Positions 18,860 through 29,188 are shown, counted from the stretch's first letter. The stretch: 64,000 nucleotides of DNA from a bacterium (GCA_037127795.1 JBAXXQ010000001.1:6842-70841), one strand, 5' to 3'. Notes: a model not told the origin generated them from the letters alone. Made by a program: numbers and translations.

Positions 18860-21800
18860 TTATTTACCCCCCTCTTTAGCCTTATCTTGTATTTTTTTCT
18901 CAAGAGCTTCTCTTTTATCCCAAATATTTTTTAAATCATTATGCTTATCTTCTGCAGCCTTCTTTGCTATTGAAGCATTAGCAAAAGCTTCTTTATCTGA
19001 TTCTGCTGGACTATCTATATTCATAAACACTTTTTCTGCTTTTTTATGTTCAGCATTAGCAACTTGAACATCAGAATATGCTTTTGCAACGATTTTTTCA
19101 AAATCATCCTTTTTCTCCTTATCTTTGTCTTTATACTTTTCATTATACTCTTCATCAGGCACGTCCTCACCAACAAGGGTCTTTTTAACCTTTTCGTCTA
19201 ATTTTCGTAATTGCGCCTCAAGACTATTCTTACCTTTATTCTTACCATAATCTCTAGTATATGAATCAGCAGCTTTTTTCATAGCATCTGTTTCAGCAGG
19301 AGCAAGATATTTTGACCATGTTCGCTTTTCTCCATCTGGTTTAAAGTATAGAGAATTTTGCTTCATATCTTCTGCATAGTCATTCTTCATTGCAGCAGAA
19401 AAATCTTTAACACTGCCAATTTTTCCATATTTTTCAACATCATCTTTTTGTTTCTTTTCAAACAATGTCTTAACTTTATCTTTAAAGATTTTTTCTTCTT
19501 CATCACTGAGAGACTGCTTACCACCCTTGATTTTTAGTGTGTTAGCATCAATTCTACTTGCCTGTACTTTGTTTTGCTCTTTTATAGTAGACACCAATTC
19601 ACTCAACTTAGTGTTATGTGTTTCCAAAAGTTGCATTTTTTGTGCTTTTTCCTCTTTTGAATACAAACCAGCATTAAGCCCTGTTTTAATTTCTTTTATA
19701 GCAGCCTCAGCTTGCTTTTTCTGATCTGTAGCATTTTTCTTTGTGGCTTCAGCTGTTTTATATTGCTCATCTTGCTCTTTAGTAAATGCAGCAATAGCTT
19801 CTTTTTCAGCTTTTCTTCCTTGATGTTTTTCCCAAGCCATTTTTGCACCAACATCATCAAGATAATCAAATGTGCTAGATTTTTCAATCTTTTCTTTATT
19901 TTGTTTTTCTTTACGCTCTTTCATTCCTTTGAAGCCACCTTCAAAATCTTTTTTACCAAAACCAACCTTTTCAGCAAATTTATCATTATAATTCATACCA
20001 ACAGACCCCCCCACCTTACTAAGACCTGACATAATAGTGCTATTATTTCTAAAATCAAAACTAGCTGTCTGTGATTTATTAAGCGCATTATTTGCCTTTC
20101 TTGCAAAATAGTTATTATCAGCATTTGAGCTTGCCCATTGCCCTAGTCTTGACTTACCAATAGACCTTCCTGCTACACCACTCAATCTTGAACCCGCAGC
20201 TGCAATACCAGACGCCGCACCCATAGTACCCACAGTAAGCGCTGCTCCACCAACAAAACCTGCAGCCTTTGACATCATAGCCTGTGCTTGTTTTCCAAAA
20301 TCACCAGCAAAAGAAGTAATAATTACTTTCCCTTTATCCAAAAGACCCTTTACAATAAGCAATGGTATTGCTATCCAAAGGACTGTATATGTAAATGTAT
20401 GGTTTGTGCCATCAAGGTGTGATGTATAAAACGGTGTCTGCATTATCTTTATCACCAGATAAAAATATATAACAGTAACTGGAGCAAGGATAGCATAATT
20501 CATCAATTCACCAAGCCATTTTGTCCAATGCAAAGAATCAAGTTTTGATAAGAATGGTATCTCTCGAGACATAAATGCAACCGGAGAAAATATCATAGCA
20601 ACATATAACCCAATCACACGACCAATAAATATAAATCCTATACTCCAAAAAATAAGCCCTGTACCAAATGCAATAAAGGTACAAATAAGCACCACAAGAG
20701 TAAAGTAGCCCGCATATTCTTCTGGAGAATCCTTTTTAATTTGTGATAAATCTTTTGCTGTACCAAATGTAGCAGCACCACCATTTGTTTGAGCACTCAC
20801 CTGATCTTTTGTAGCTTGTGCTTTTGATGCCTCATCTGTGCCAGATAATGCATTATTAAATACTCGTTGCGGATCAAAGCTTTGTACAACAATAGCAGAG
20901 ACCCCTTTATATCCAGAATCACTATTACCATTATTTGCAGCACCACTAGACCCGACAGTACCTGCGTTATTACCCTGTACGCTAATTTGTGCGTAAAATA
21001 CTCGCGCAACAATATTTGAAATATCTATAACACCACGAGTAAGAAGCAAGCTAAAGTTTATTAAAATAGCATTAACAATAATTGCAGAAACAAGCTTCTT
21101 CAAATCTTTACCGCCAAAAATAGTAGATAATCCTGCATATATCAAAAGAATAATAAAGAATATATTTGCAATATCTCGCACTGTCGTCCATGCACTCGCT
21201 ACAAATGGTTGTAAATATGCAGTAGAACTAATTGAATACCCTAAAAAGAAGTCAAAAATATTCCCCATTAAATATGCAAAAAATGCAGCCCCTCTAAAAA
21301 GTACATAGTAGAAAAAGAGTGCAATACAACCCATGAATGTACCACTACTCATCCAGGTAAGACCACAAGAAGGCAATACATCATTACCACTAGCGGCAAC
21401 ACTAGCACCAGCAGCAGCTACTGCTTGTGTCATATCTGTAGCATTTTGATCAATGGCAGCCTGAGCGTTTGTAGTAGGAATAGTATATGGAATTGGTTTA
21501 CCAATTCTATAATAATACCCCTCAACAACCTTTGTGGTTTTTGTGTTTGACCATGAGGCACATTTTATTCCTGCTGTAGGACTTGCACTATTCCATAATT
21601 TTTTAACATCCTTTGGGTTATTTTTTGCATCAGTATCATCAGAAACAACAATACTATAAGTACCTTGTTTATATGTATACACCGAGGGGTCTTGCTCTGG
21701 ACAATACCAAAGACCCATATACACCTGCTGACCAGGAGCCAAGTGTCCTGTTTGAACAATTGTTTTTACTGTTTCTGATTGATTGGTCGCATTACTATCA

Positions 21801-22363
21801 TTTTTGGGTTTTCCATTTGAATCAGTTGAGTTATCGGTAAAATATTTATAAAAACTAGATGTTGGCATTTTTTGCGCAATAAGCGCATCATCAGCACTAC
21901 TTGTAGAATGTTCTTGAGGCAATATTATAGGTTGCCCAAAAATATTACCATTAGTATCTTCTAGTGTTGCAACAAAAGATGCTGTATCTTTACTTGGTCC
22001 ATAATAACTAAAATCTGCATTACCATCAGAAAATACATGTCTCCAACCATTTTTTATATCTGTCCATTTATTAGTAAAAATCAAATTTGCCTGTATAGTA
22101 AGCTCGCTTGCACCAATAGTAGTATCTTTTGAATCAAATTTATTTGGATCAGCTGGTGGTTTAAAATCAGTAGAAACCACACTCATACTTTTTATACCAG
22201 AATTCACATTATCAAAAAGATCAGAACCATATCCAGTTAGAGTAGGGCCACCAGCAGGCCAATTACCCGCAAATGCAGTACTAGCAGGTACTACAATACC
22301 TATAATAAAAATACTTAGGAGAACGGAAGTAATTATTTTTTTCCAAGCAAATGCTTTTTTCAC
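18860..22363 (-). CDS. Giant polytopic membrane protein, VirB6/TrbL-like, with an N-terminal secreted domain and a C-terminal K/E-rich coiled-coil tail
   Basis: 1167 aa with a signal peptide, a roughly 330-aa ectodomain, at least six hydrophobic helices between roughly residues 340 and 700, then about 450 aa of low-complexity KEKQNKEKIEK-type charged repeats. Confidence 0.5.
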   Translation of the reverse strand: MKKAFAWKKIITSVLLSIFIIGIVVPASTAFAGNWPAGGPTLTGYGSDLFDNVNSGIKSMSVVSTDFKPPADPNKFDSKDTTIGASELTIQANLIFTNKWTDIKNGWRHVFSDGNADFSYYGPSKDTASFVATLEDTNGNIFGQPIILPQEHSTSSADDALIAQKMPTSSFYKYFTDNSTDSNGKPKNDSNATNQSETVKTIVQTGHLAPGQQVYMGLWYCPEQDPSVYTYKQGTYSIVVSDDTDAKNNPKDVKKLWNSASPTAGIKCASWSNTKTTKVVEGYYYRIGKPIPYTIPTTNAQAAIDQNATDMTQAVAAAGASVAASGNDVLPSCGLTWMSSGTFMGCIALFFYYVLFRGAAFFAYLMGNIFDFFLGYSISSTAYLQPFVASAWTTVRDIANIFFIILLIYAGLSTIFGGKDLKKLVSAIIVNAILINFSLLLTRGVIDISNIVARVFYAQISVQGNNAGTVGSSGAANNGNSDSGYKGVSAIVVQSFDPQRVFNNALSGTDEASKAQATKDQVSAQTNGGAATFGTAKDLSQIKKDSPEEYAGYFTLVVLICTFIAFGTGLIFWSIGFIFIGRVIGLYVAMIFSPVAFMSREIPFLSKLDSLHWTKWLGELMNYAILAPVTVIYFYLVIKIMQTPFYTSHLDGTNHTFTYTVLWIAIPLLIVKGLLDKGKVIITSFAGDFGKQAQAMMSKAAGFVGGAALTVGTMGAASGIAAAGSRLSGVAGRSIGKSRLGQWASSNADNNYFARKANNALNKSQTASFDFRNNSTIMSGLSKVGGSVGMNYNDKFAEKVGFGKKDFEGGFKGMKERKEKQNKEKIEKSSTFDYLDDVGAKMAWEKHQGRKAEKEAIAAFTKEQDEQYKTAEATKKNATDQKKQAEAAIKEIKTGLNAGLYSKEEKAQKMQLLETHNTKLSELVSTIKEQNKVQASRIDANTLKIKGGKQSLSDEEEKIFKDKVKTLFEKKQKDDVEKYGKIGSVKDFSAAMKNDYAEDMKQNSLYFKPDGEKRTWSKYLAPAETDAMKKAADSYTRDYGKNKGKNSLEAQLRKLDEKVKKTLVGEDVPDEEYNEKYKDKDKEKKDDFEKIVAKAYSDVQVANAEHKKAEKVFMNIDSPAESDKEAFANASIAKKAAEDKHNDLKNIWDKREALEKKIQDKAKEGGK

Positions 22364-22402
22364 ATCAATAGTATATCACTTTGTTGCTATAAAAAACTAG
22401 TG

Positions 22403-23185
22403 CTACCAGATGTGTAATTTAAGATTATCTTCGATACCATTATATTGAGCAAAACTTCCATCTATATTATATGTCGGAGCACCTTGTGTACCATTTGTAA
22501 GGAAACCACCAGTATTTGTAGCACCTCCAGAAGAATTTTTCTTATCGAGCTTTGAATCACTCCAAAATGGCGTAGGAAGGTGTACTGCATAATATCCAGT
22601 AAAACTAGACTCGACGCTTTCACAATAATTTCTAAGTTCTTTTATTTTTGCAAGCTCAAGCGCCATACCGTCATATATAGATTGTTCATCTGCTACATTA
22701 TCATCAGAATATAGTTGTTGATACAATGCACCAAAACGAGTATTTAATACCGCAAGTTGTGCTTGCTCAGCAGCAGTAAAAGGAATATTCAAATCAACAT
22801 CACTACAGGTAAGATTATTTGCATTTACTATATTATTATTTATTGTCCAAGAAGTATTATTATTGTCTGATATATCTCCAGAGTCACCCGATTGTGTATT
22901 CACTGTACTAGTAGAAGATGTAAAAATAGACACGAGTGGATTAAACCCATTAGAACTTGTAGTACTATTCTGTGTTGCGCTCGGATTTGTAAACAAAGAA
23001 GAGAGTAATGTATTACCAGAACCATCCTGTGCTGGCTTTTTATCTCCAAGACCAAGAAACTCTCTAAAACTCGCTTGATGTCCAAGGCTTTTTTGTAATT
23101 GCGCATTACGATACGCAACAAAAGCAAACCCTCCTATGACGATAATTATAACCAATATAGTGATGAATAATTTTTTGTTTTGCAT
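22403..23185 (-). CDS. N-terminally membrane-anchored hypothetical protein
   Basis: 260 aa with a single N-terminal TM segment (ITILVIIIVIGGFAFVAY) and a Ser/Thr/Asn-rich ectodomain. Confidence 0.45.
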   Translation of the reverse strand: MQNKKLFITILVIIIVIGGFAFVAYRNAQLQKSLGHQASFREFLGLGDKKPAQDGSGNTLLSSLFTNPSATQNSTTSSNGFNPLVSIFTSSTSTVNTQSGDSGDISDNNNTSWTINNNIVNANNLTCSDVDLNIPFTAAEQAQLAVLNTRFGALYQQLYSDDNVADEQSIYDGMALELAKIKELRNYCESVESSFTGYYAVHLPTPFWSDSKLDKKNSSGGATNTGGFLTNGTQGAPTYNIDGSFAQYNGIEDNLKLHIW

Positions 23186-23188
23186 ATA

Positions 23189-26100
23189 CTAATCAGCACA
23201 GAGTGCTACGCTTGATGTTTGTAATGATCTATATTTTAAATTAGGATCCAATGTTTCTGCGATAGTACTTCCTCCTCCGTAATTTCTCAAAAGAGTACCT
23301 GCTTGTATTTGCGCATATGGTCCTGGGTCAGGGAATTGATATACAGAGCTGTCGTGTGGAGGGCTAAATGTAGTACCCAACAAAGATGATTTTGAAGGAT
23401 TAATATCTTTTGTATAGAACCCTTCGAAAGGAACACTTACTGTATTGATTGATATTCTTCGAGGTTTTCCTGTTGTTGTATCAATATCATTATTATCAGA
23501 AATAGTAATAACATATCGCACGTTTTTTGGAATATATTCTTCTATTGAGTGAGTACATACATTATCTGTTTCACCTATATGTGTCTTACTATTATTACCA
23601 CGACCAGAATCTTGAGAATATTCATCACATTTTCTATATGTTTCAAATAATGAAGTAAGACTAGTGTCAGTTATAGTTGGTATCGTAGTAACATCTTTAT
23701 CATACAACCCGATAATATTAGGATCTTTTCCTCCTGAATCTATATCAATAGTAGTATCAGGATAATTAAAATTCCACCCATCGGTCAAATAACTAAGCCA
23801 AGTCAAACCACCAGCACTCATTACCTGAGTTCCACAACTTCCACTTGGATCAACATTAGGATTACAACTAGGGTTACATGATGGATCATTATTTAAATAT
23901 GCAGTATCTTGTGTGCTTGGATCTGTCCCCCAAGAAAAACTTGTCATACATGCTCGTGGTGCACAATTTGGATCATAATTTGGATCTGATGGGCCAGCAC
24001 AAATAGTAGTACCAGAAACATTAGTAATATCTCCTCCACTAGTGAATGTATTTGAAGATGAAGCATCAGGAAGCCATGGCATATCTATATAGTTTGTAAT
24101 ACCCGATACGTGCAACATAGATAATGCAGCAGCACTACCAGGATTGACAATAGCATTCATTAAATAAATATTACTTTGGAAGATAGTATCAATAGTTTGT
24201 CCACTTATATATAATGCATCTCCGTATCTAGGTCTTGAAGCTTTAGCGGCAACATTTGAACCTTCTAGTTTTATTTGAGGATCTTTATATACCGCAAGAG
24301 GGAATCCTCCATAGGGTGCTAGTTCAGCAGCCTGATCTGCTCTATAATAATCAGCATATACCTGCCTATCTACATGTACATGATAATTCCCTGCAGCAAC
24401 AGTCTTTATTGGTGTTAATGTAATAGAGGTAGTTGGTTGCACACTTTTTGCCAAAAGATTTGGCCCCATAAGACAACTTACCGCATTAGATTTTGCGATA
24501 AAACCAATTTTTGATACAGGTTTTACTGTTGGCGGGGTACATGTTGCATTAGCTATACCACCGGCAGTATTACAAAGATTTTGATAAAAATCATATTGTG
24601 CAAATTGTGATTGGATTACCGTAGAATCACTGTTTGCATCAGACTCTTGAGCAGGGGCTCCAGCTGTTGAAAGATTGATAGCATAATTTTGATCAAGGCA
24701 ACTTTGATTTACGGTAATACCTTGTGCTGCCTGTGTTGCAATATGACGAGCACGTGCAACTTTTACAATAGCAAGTACTTGATTATAAATATCTTGCATT
24801 TGCGCTGCGGTAGATTCCGCCTTATCTATTTCAGTACCATAGGCGTCAGCATTTGCTTGGAGCTGATTGTTGTATTCAATCAAATTAAAAGATTCATTAT
24901 ACATATCACGAACTTGTCCACGAACAAATTCCGGAGAATTATTCTTATTTGGATCAGTAAGTACATATTGATCCATAAGTGTATCGAGACCATATCGAGT
25001 ATTTATTTCATTGGTATATGAAGAAAACCATTGCTCAAATGCATCCGCAACATCAGATCCAGGGGTAGGGCTTGCCTCTGTTTTTGTTACTGTATGAGAA
25101 CAGCTAGTGTTAAATTGCCCAGCAGATCCTAAAATACCGCCAACAGATGAACCTGTTGAACCTCCAATATACCCCCCTGCAAGCGAACCGACAGCACTTG
25201 TTAATGCTCCACTATTGAGCAAACTAGAACCAATATTACATGCAATATCCAAAAATCCCTCATTGTTTGGCTCTTGTACTTGGTATGTGTATGGAGGGTG
25301 AATAGGATATATATTAAAAACCTGATTTCTATAAGGAATTACACTATTTGTAACAGGGTCTTGAAAACCATATCTATCTGTAGCAAATGATTCATTTGTA
25401 TAATTAGGTGCTGGGCCAGGTCCTTGATATCCAGAACCAGAAGATAATGCTTTATTAAAATTATCATTACTATCTCCTGCATATACAGACCATGAAGGAT
25501 TTGGTCCAGGGAGACAATAATCAAGTGCTCCAAGATTTGCAACCATTTTTTTGTTTGCGTTAATAGAATCACTTGCTTTATTTATATAGTCATACTGTGT
25601 TTTAAGAATTGCGGCAAGTTGTGTCGTATGTGAAATATCAAAATTAGCTCCTACATCTGCACCGTTAGCATAACTAATTTCTGCAGTTGCTGTATCTACA
25701 CCATCAGTAGCTAAAGGTAAGCTATTACTAAACGGACTTGGAGACCATTTATTCGGTGTTGTAGGTGGATTGTACGGATAATCCTGACTTCCTTCTCCAT
25801 AATGAGCAAGTCCTTTATTGAGCCAATCATTAAGCTTTGCATCTACAATCCCCGCAATAACATCACTTATTTTATTTGCTGTCTCGAGTTGATGAATTTG
25901 TGTAGTAGTAATAGCGTTTGCCTGATTTGCAATAGCATCTCCAGGAGTAACTACACGAAATTGTGTGCATACTTTTTCTCCATTTTCATCTGTTTGATTA
26001 CTATATTTTGCACACACTTTTTGACTAAAATACCCATGTCCTTGATTGAGTTCATTTTGTGCATTATTTTTTTGATTACTATAATCACGATTAATATAGT

Positions 26101-27043
26101 CTATAGTACTGAGGTATTGCCCCATAGCATTTCCTTGGTTGTAAGTACTATTGAGCCATCCAGTCCACCCACCAGTCATTATATTATTAGCATCTTTATT
26201 ATACGTTTTACCAAACTGAGTATTTGAAAGATTACTCAAAAAATGAGGTGTCTTACCTGTTATCTCACTAGTAATAAGATTGTTTACTTGTTGATTAACA
26301 GCATTATTTAAAGTGGGATCATTACTACTTACTGTAAGGTTTGCAGGTTTTAAGTATTTATACAAAATACTATGATACATATTTTGAAAATATGATGACT
26401 GATCAGTAACATAAAATGGCGATCCTGCCATACCCGTATTTATATAACCCAATACAATACTAGACATTTTCGCTAATGATTTTCGAAGAGTATATTTTGC
26501 TAGAGCATCTGTACAAGTCTCACGCTTGTCTTGATTTGCAGCAGTGGTCTTGGCAATATCAACAGCAGCCTTACCGTTACTATTTATAGCATCTACTATA
26601 TTTGTTTCAGAAACAATCACAGGTTGTTGTATACTCGACCCTGTACTTTTTACCGAAGCATCTTTTTCATTTGATGCTTTTTTAAAAGCATCAGCTTGTA
26701 ATCTATTTTTACAAGAGGTACCACAAAAAAGTCCTCCATGTGCAACAGGAATAACAACACCCGCACCTGCTATATATTGATTAGTAACACCTCCAAAAAG
26801 CGCACTACTTGCCTTAGAGACTTCTTTATTTGCAAATGCAGTAACACTACCAACCCCTTGAGTAATCCAATCATCAGAAGATTTACCTCCAGCAACCTGA
26901 CAATTAAGCAAAGCCCCTGTCATACCAGTAACATTTATATTTGATCCTTGAAAAGACTGTGCATAAGTTTGAGAAATAGGTAAAAATAAAACACATCCTA
27001 GAAAAATGGTGAGTATTGTTTTTTTGCCAAAAAAATATTTCAT
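23189..27043 (-). CDS. Giant secreted surface protein, a candidate adhesin or substrate of the T4SS-like locus
   Basis: About 1283 aa from the internal start MKYFFGKKTILTIFLGCVLFLPISQTYAQS, which is a signal peptide. The protein is rich in N, T, S, G and Y with many Cys pairs. The start at 27043 abuts the upstream gene stop at 27045. Confidence 0.55.
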   Translation of the reverse strand: MKYFFGKKTILTIFLGCVLFLPISQTYAQSFQGSNINVTGMTGALLNCQVAGGKSSDDWITQGVGSVTAFANKEVSKASSALFGGVTNQYIAGAGVVIPVAHGGLFCGTSCKNRLQADAFKKASNEKDASVKSTGSSIQQPVIVSETNIVDAINSNGKAAVDIAKTTAANQDKRETCTDALAKYTLRKSLAKMSSIVLGYINTGMAGSPFYVTDQSSYFQNMYHSILYKYLKPANLTVSSNDPTLNNAVNQQVNNLITSEITGKTPHFLSNLSNTQFGKTYNKDANNIMTGGWTGWLNSTYNQGNAMGQYLSTIDYINRDYSNQKNNAQNELNQGHGYFSQKVCAKYSNQTDENGEKVCTQFRVVTPGDAIANQANAITTTQIHQLETANKISDVIAGIVDAKLNDWLNKGLAHYGEGSQDYPYNPPTTPNKWSPSPFSNSLPLATDGVDTATAEISYANGADVGANFDISHTTQLAAILKTQYDYINKASDSINANKKMVANLGALDYCLPGPNPSWSVYAGDSNDNFNKALSSGSGYQGPGPAPNYTNESFATDRYGFQDPVTNSVIPYRNQVFNIYPIHPPYTYQVQEPNNEGFLDIACNIGSSLLNSGALTSAVGSLAGGYIGGSTGSSVGGILGSAGQFNTSCSHTVTKTEASPTPGSDVADAFEQWFSSYTNEINTRYGLDTLMDQYVLTDPNKNNSPEFVRGQVRDMYNESFNLIEYNNQLQANADAYGTEIDKAESTAAQMQDIYNQVLAIVKVARARHIATQAAQGITVNQSCLDQNYAINLSTAGAPAQESDANSDSTVIQSQFAQYDFYQNLCNTAGGIANATCTPPTVKPVSKIGFIAKSNAVSCLMGPNLLAKSVQPTTSITLTPIKTVAAGNYHVHVDRQVYADYYRADQAAELAPYGGFPLAVYKDPQIKLEGSNVAAKASRPRYGDALYISGQTIDTIFQSNIYLMNAIVNPGSAAALSMLHVSGITNYIDMPWLPDASSSNTFTSGGDITNVSGTTICAGPSDPNYDPNCAPRACMTSFSWGTDPSTQDTAYLNNDPSCNPSCNPNVDPSGSCGTQVMSAGGLTWLSYLTDGWNFNYPDTTIDIDSGGKDPNIIGLYDKDVTTIPTITDTSLTSLFETYRKCDEYSQDSGRGNNSKTHIGETDNVCTHSIEEYIPKNVRYVITISDNNDIDTTTGKPRRISINTVSVPFEGFYTKDINPSKSSLLGTTFSPPHDSSVYQFPDPGPYAQIQAGTLLRNYGGGSTIAETLDPNLKYRSLQTSSVALCAD

Positions 27044-27044
27044 A

Positions 27045-27950
27045 CTATTGTTGTAGTGTATCATATTTTGCTATAGCTTGGTTAAGGTTATCCATAGCAG
27101 TATTCAAAAGAGTAGTAGCATTACTATATTCTCCTATAGCAGTTGCACCAAGCAGGTCATCATTTTTTATATTTGCAGCAGCAACAAGTGTATCTCCAAT
27201 AGTTTTTATACCGTTTACATAATCAAGATGCTCTCTCGCAATAGATATTGGAACCTTTATTTGTATAAGTTTTTGAGCAATTACTTGATACTCTTTGCCA
27301 TTTTGCGCAACACTATCGAGCTTACTATAATCATTATTTTGTACTGCATCAGACAAGATAGTCGTTTCGTCTTGGTCAAAATGTACTTTTGCTATAACTT
27401 TTTGAAAATTTATCGCATAACTATGTATATTATTTATAGTAGAAGGCAATAATATTACATCATTTATTGTATATAATTTCTTTTGTACAGGTTTAACAAT
27501 ATTTTGCACGAGCGGTGTAGTTACATCTTGTAATGTACCAGCATCAACATTACCGACTTGGTCCAAGATACTGGTCGTAGTGTAAATACCATATGCGAGT
27601 TTGTCTGTACCAGAGGCGGTAGAAAGATCGGTACCACCCGCAGCTTTATTTTCAGCCCTTTTTTGCATTACAATATCCCTATTTGATATACCATTCGTAA
27701 CAGCAACAGTAGGATCAAGCCCCCAGAGACGCTCTTCCCAATCTGGAATACCGTTATTATTACTATCTATTGCAATAATATCACCAAATGTTTGTTCTTT
27801 TTGGGTAGAAAGAACTTTAGGTCTATAGCTAAAGATTTTTTGTAAAATACCTGTTTGCACAACAATAATAACTAACAAAATACTACCTGCAACAATAGCA
27901 ACTCGCTTAAACTGTTTTGAAGGTTTTGGTATATTAGAAAACTGTTTCAT
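27045..27950 (-). CDS. N-terminally membrane-anchored hypothetical protein, first gene of the block
   Basis: 301 aa with the TM segment VAIVAGSILLVIIVVQTGIL and then a soluble domain. Confidence 0.5.
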   Translation of the reverse strand: MKQFSNIPKPSKQFKRVAIVAGSILLVIIVVQTGILQKIFSYRPKVLSTQKEQTFGDIIAIDSNNNGIPDWEERLWGLDPTVAVTNGISNRDIVMQKRAENKAAGGTDLSTASGTDKLAYGIYTTTSILDQVGNVDAGTLQDVTTPLVQNIVKPVQKKLYTINDVILLPSTINNIHSYAINFQKVIAKVHFDQDETTILSDAVQNNDYSKLDSVAQNGKEYQVIAQKLIQIKVPISIAREHLDYVNGIKTIGDTLVAAANIKNDDLLGATAIGEYSNATTLLNTAMDNLNQAIAKYDTLQQ

Positions 27951-27962
27951 AGGGTTTTAAAA

Positions 27963-28757
27963 TCATATTGATTTTACAATACCTTTCCATTGTATCAATG
28001 AAAGTGTCTCAGGGCGAGCTTTTATATCCACACCAATAGAAACAAGTACATCCTCAACAGCTTTTTTTGAACCAAACATTTCAGAGAGACTAGTACTTAT
28101 CTGTTTTCGTTTTGTGCCAAACGCCTTTTTAACTATAGAAAAAAAGGTTTTTTCATCTACATCAGCAAAAAAATCTCTTGAAATACTTGAAATACATAAA
28201 ATAGCTGAATCAACCTTTGGTGGTGGGACAAACGCACCTTTTGGTACTTTTGATATAATTTTTGGTTTCCCATATACACTCACTGCAATAGATAAAATAC
28301 TTTCTTTATCCGTGTCACGAGACACGATACGTTCTGCAACCTCTTTCTGCATCAAAAGTACCATTATTTCAGGTTGAAAATGTGCACTAAGGAACTGCTC
28401 TATAATAGCCCCTGTTATATAGTATGGAATATTTGCTACTAATTTGTATTTTTTGCCGTATGTTTTAAGTGTTTCTGGATCAAAACGCAAAATATCCCCT
28501 GATATAATAGAAAGTGTTTTGTTTTGTAGCTCTTTTTCAAATTTTTCTTCCAAAAGCCCTATAAGACTATTATCTTTTTCAATAGCAACAACGTGCGCAC
28601 CAGTAGCAAGAAGTGCTTCAGTAAGTACCCCTTTTCCCGGACCAATTTCAACAATAATATCACCAGGTGATACTTGCGCAGACTCAACCATTTCACGAAG
28701 TGCTTTAGGGCTATTGAGCCAATGCTGTCCTAAACTTTTTTTGGGAGCTATATACAT
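27963..28757 (-). CDS. rsmA: 16S rRNA (adenine1518/1519-N6)-dimethyltransferase
   Basis: Contains KKSLGQHWL, the KsgA signature SLGQHFL, and the SAM motif VEIGPGKGVLT. Confidence 0.9.
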   Translation of the reverse strand: MYIAPKKSLGQHWLNSPKALREMVESAQVSPGDIIVEIGPGKGVLTEALLATGAHVVAIEKDNSLIGLLEEKFEKELQNKTLSIISGDILRFDPETLKTYGKKYKLVANIPYYITGAIIEQFLSAHFQPEIMVLLMQKEVAERIVSRDTDKESILSIAVSVYGKPKIISKVPKGAFVPPPKVDSAILCISSISRDFFADVDEKTFFSIVKKAFGTKRKQISTSLSEMFGSKKAVEDVLVSIGVDIKARPETLSLIQWKGIVKSI

Positions 28758-28768
28758 ATATATGTATG

Positions 28769-29164
28769 TTATCGAGAACCATAATAATTAACAGTATCTT
28801 GTATTGTTACAGTTGCAGTATTTGGTGGATACCCTTGATAAATACAAGTATATTGTGAAGACTGTTTTTTATAAATACCAAGTATTTGTTGACCAACATG
28901 TAATTTAGAATTTAAACGAGTACCTGGAGGAACAGCAAGATCTATCAATCCCCCGCTCACTAATTTAACTCGAATAGTATGTCCTGGTACAGTACATTTA
29001 TAATTACTACTTTCTTGCTGTTCAATAGCTTGTGCCTTCATTGCCATCACTCTACCACCAAAAGATATACCTCCACCTCCTGCATACACTGGATACGCAA
29101 AAAAACTTATCGCAAAAATAGAGATACTAAATGCAGACACACTCAAGAGATACTTCATATTCAT
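28769..29164 (-). CDS. Small secreted hypothetical protein
   Basis: 131 aa with a signal peptide (MKYLLSVSAFSISIFAISFFAYPVYA). Confidence 0.45.
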   Translation of the reverse strand: MNMKYLLSVSAFSISIFAISFFAYPVYAGGGGISFGGRVMAMKAQAIEQQESSNYKCTVPGHTIRVKLVSGGLIDLAVPPGTRLNSKLHVGQQILGIYKKQSSQYTCIYQGYPPNTATVTIQDTVNYYGSR

Positions 29165-29188
29165 ATATATGAGTATACCACAGACATT

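Noticed and set aside
11253-27950. Calling the T4SS-like block an integrated conjugative element or plasmid remnant
   Set aside because: No integrase, relaxase, coupling protein, direct repeats or tRNA boundary flank it. The flanks are core genes, and xerC lies 13 kb away in a housekeeping context.
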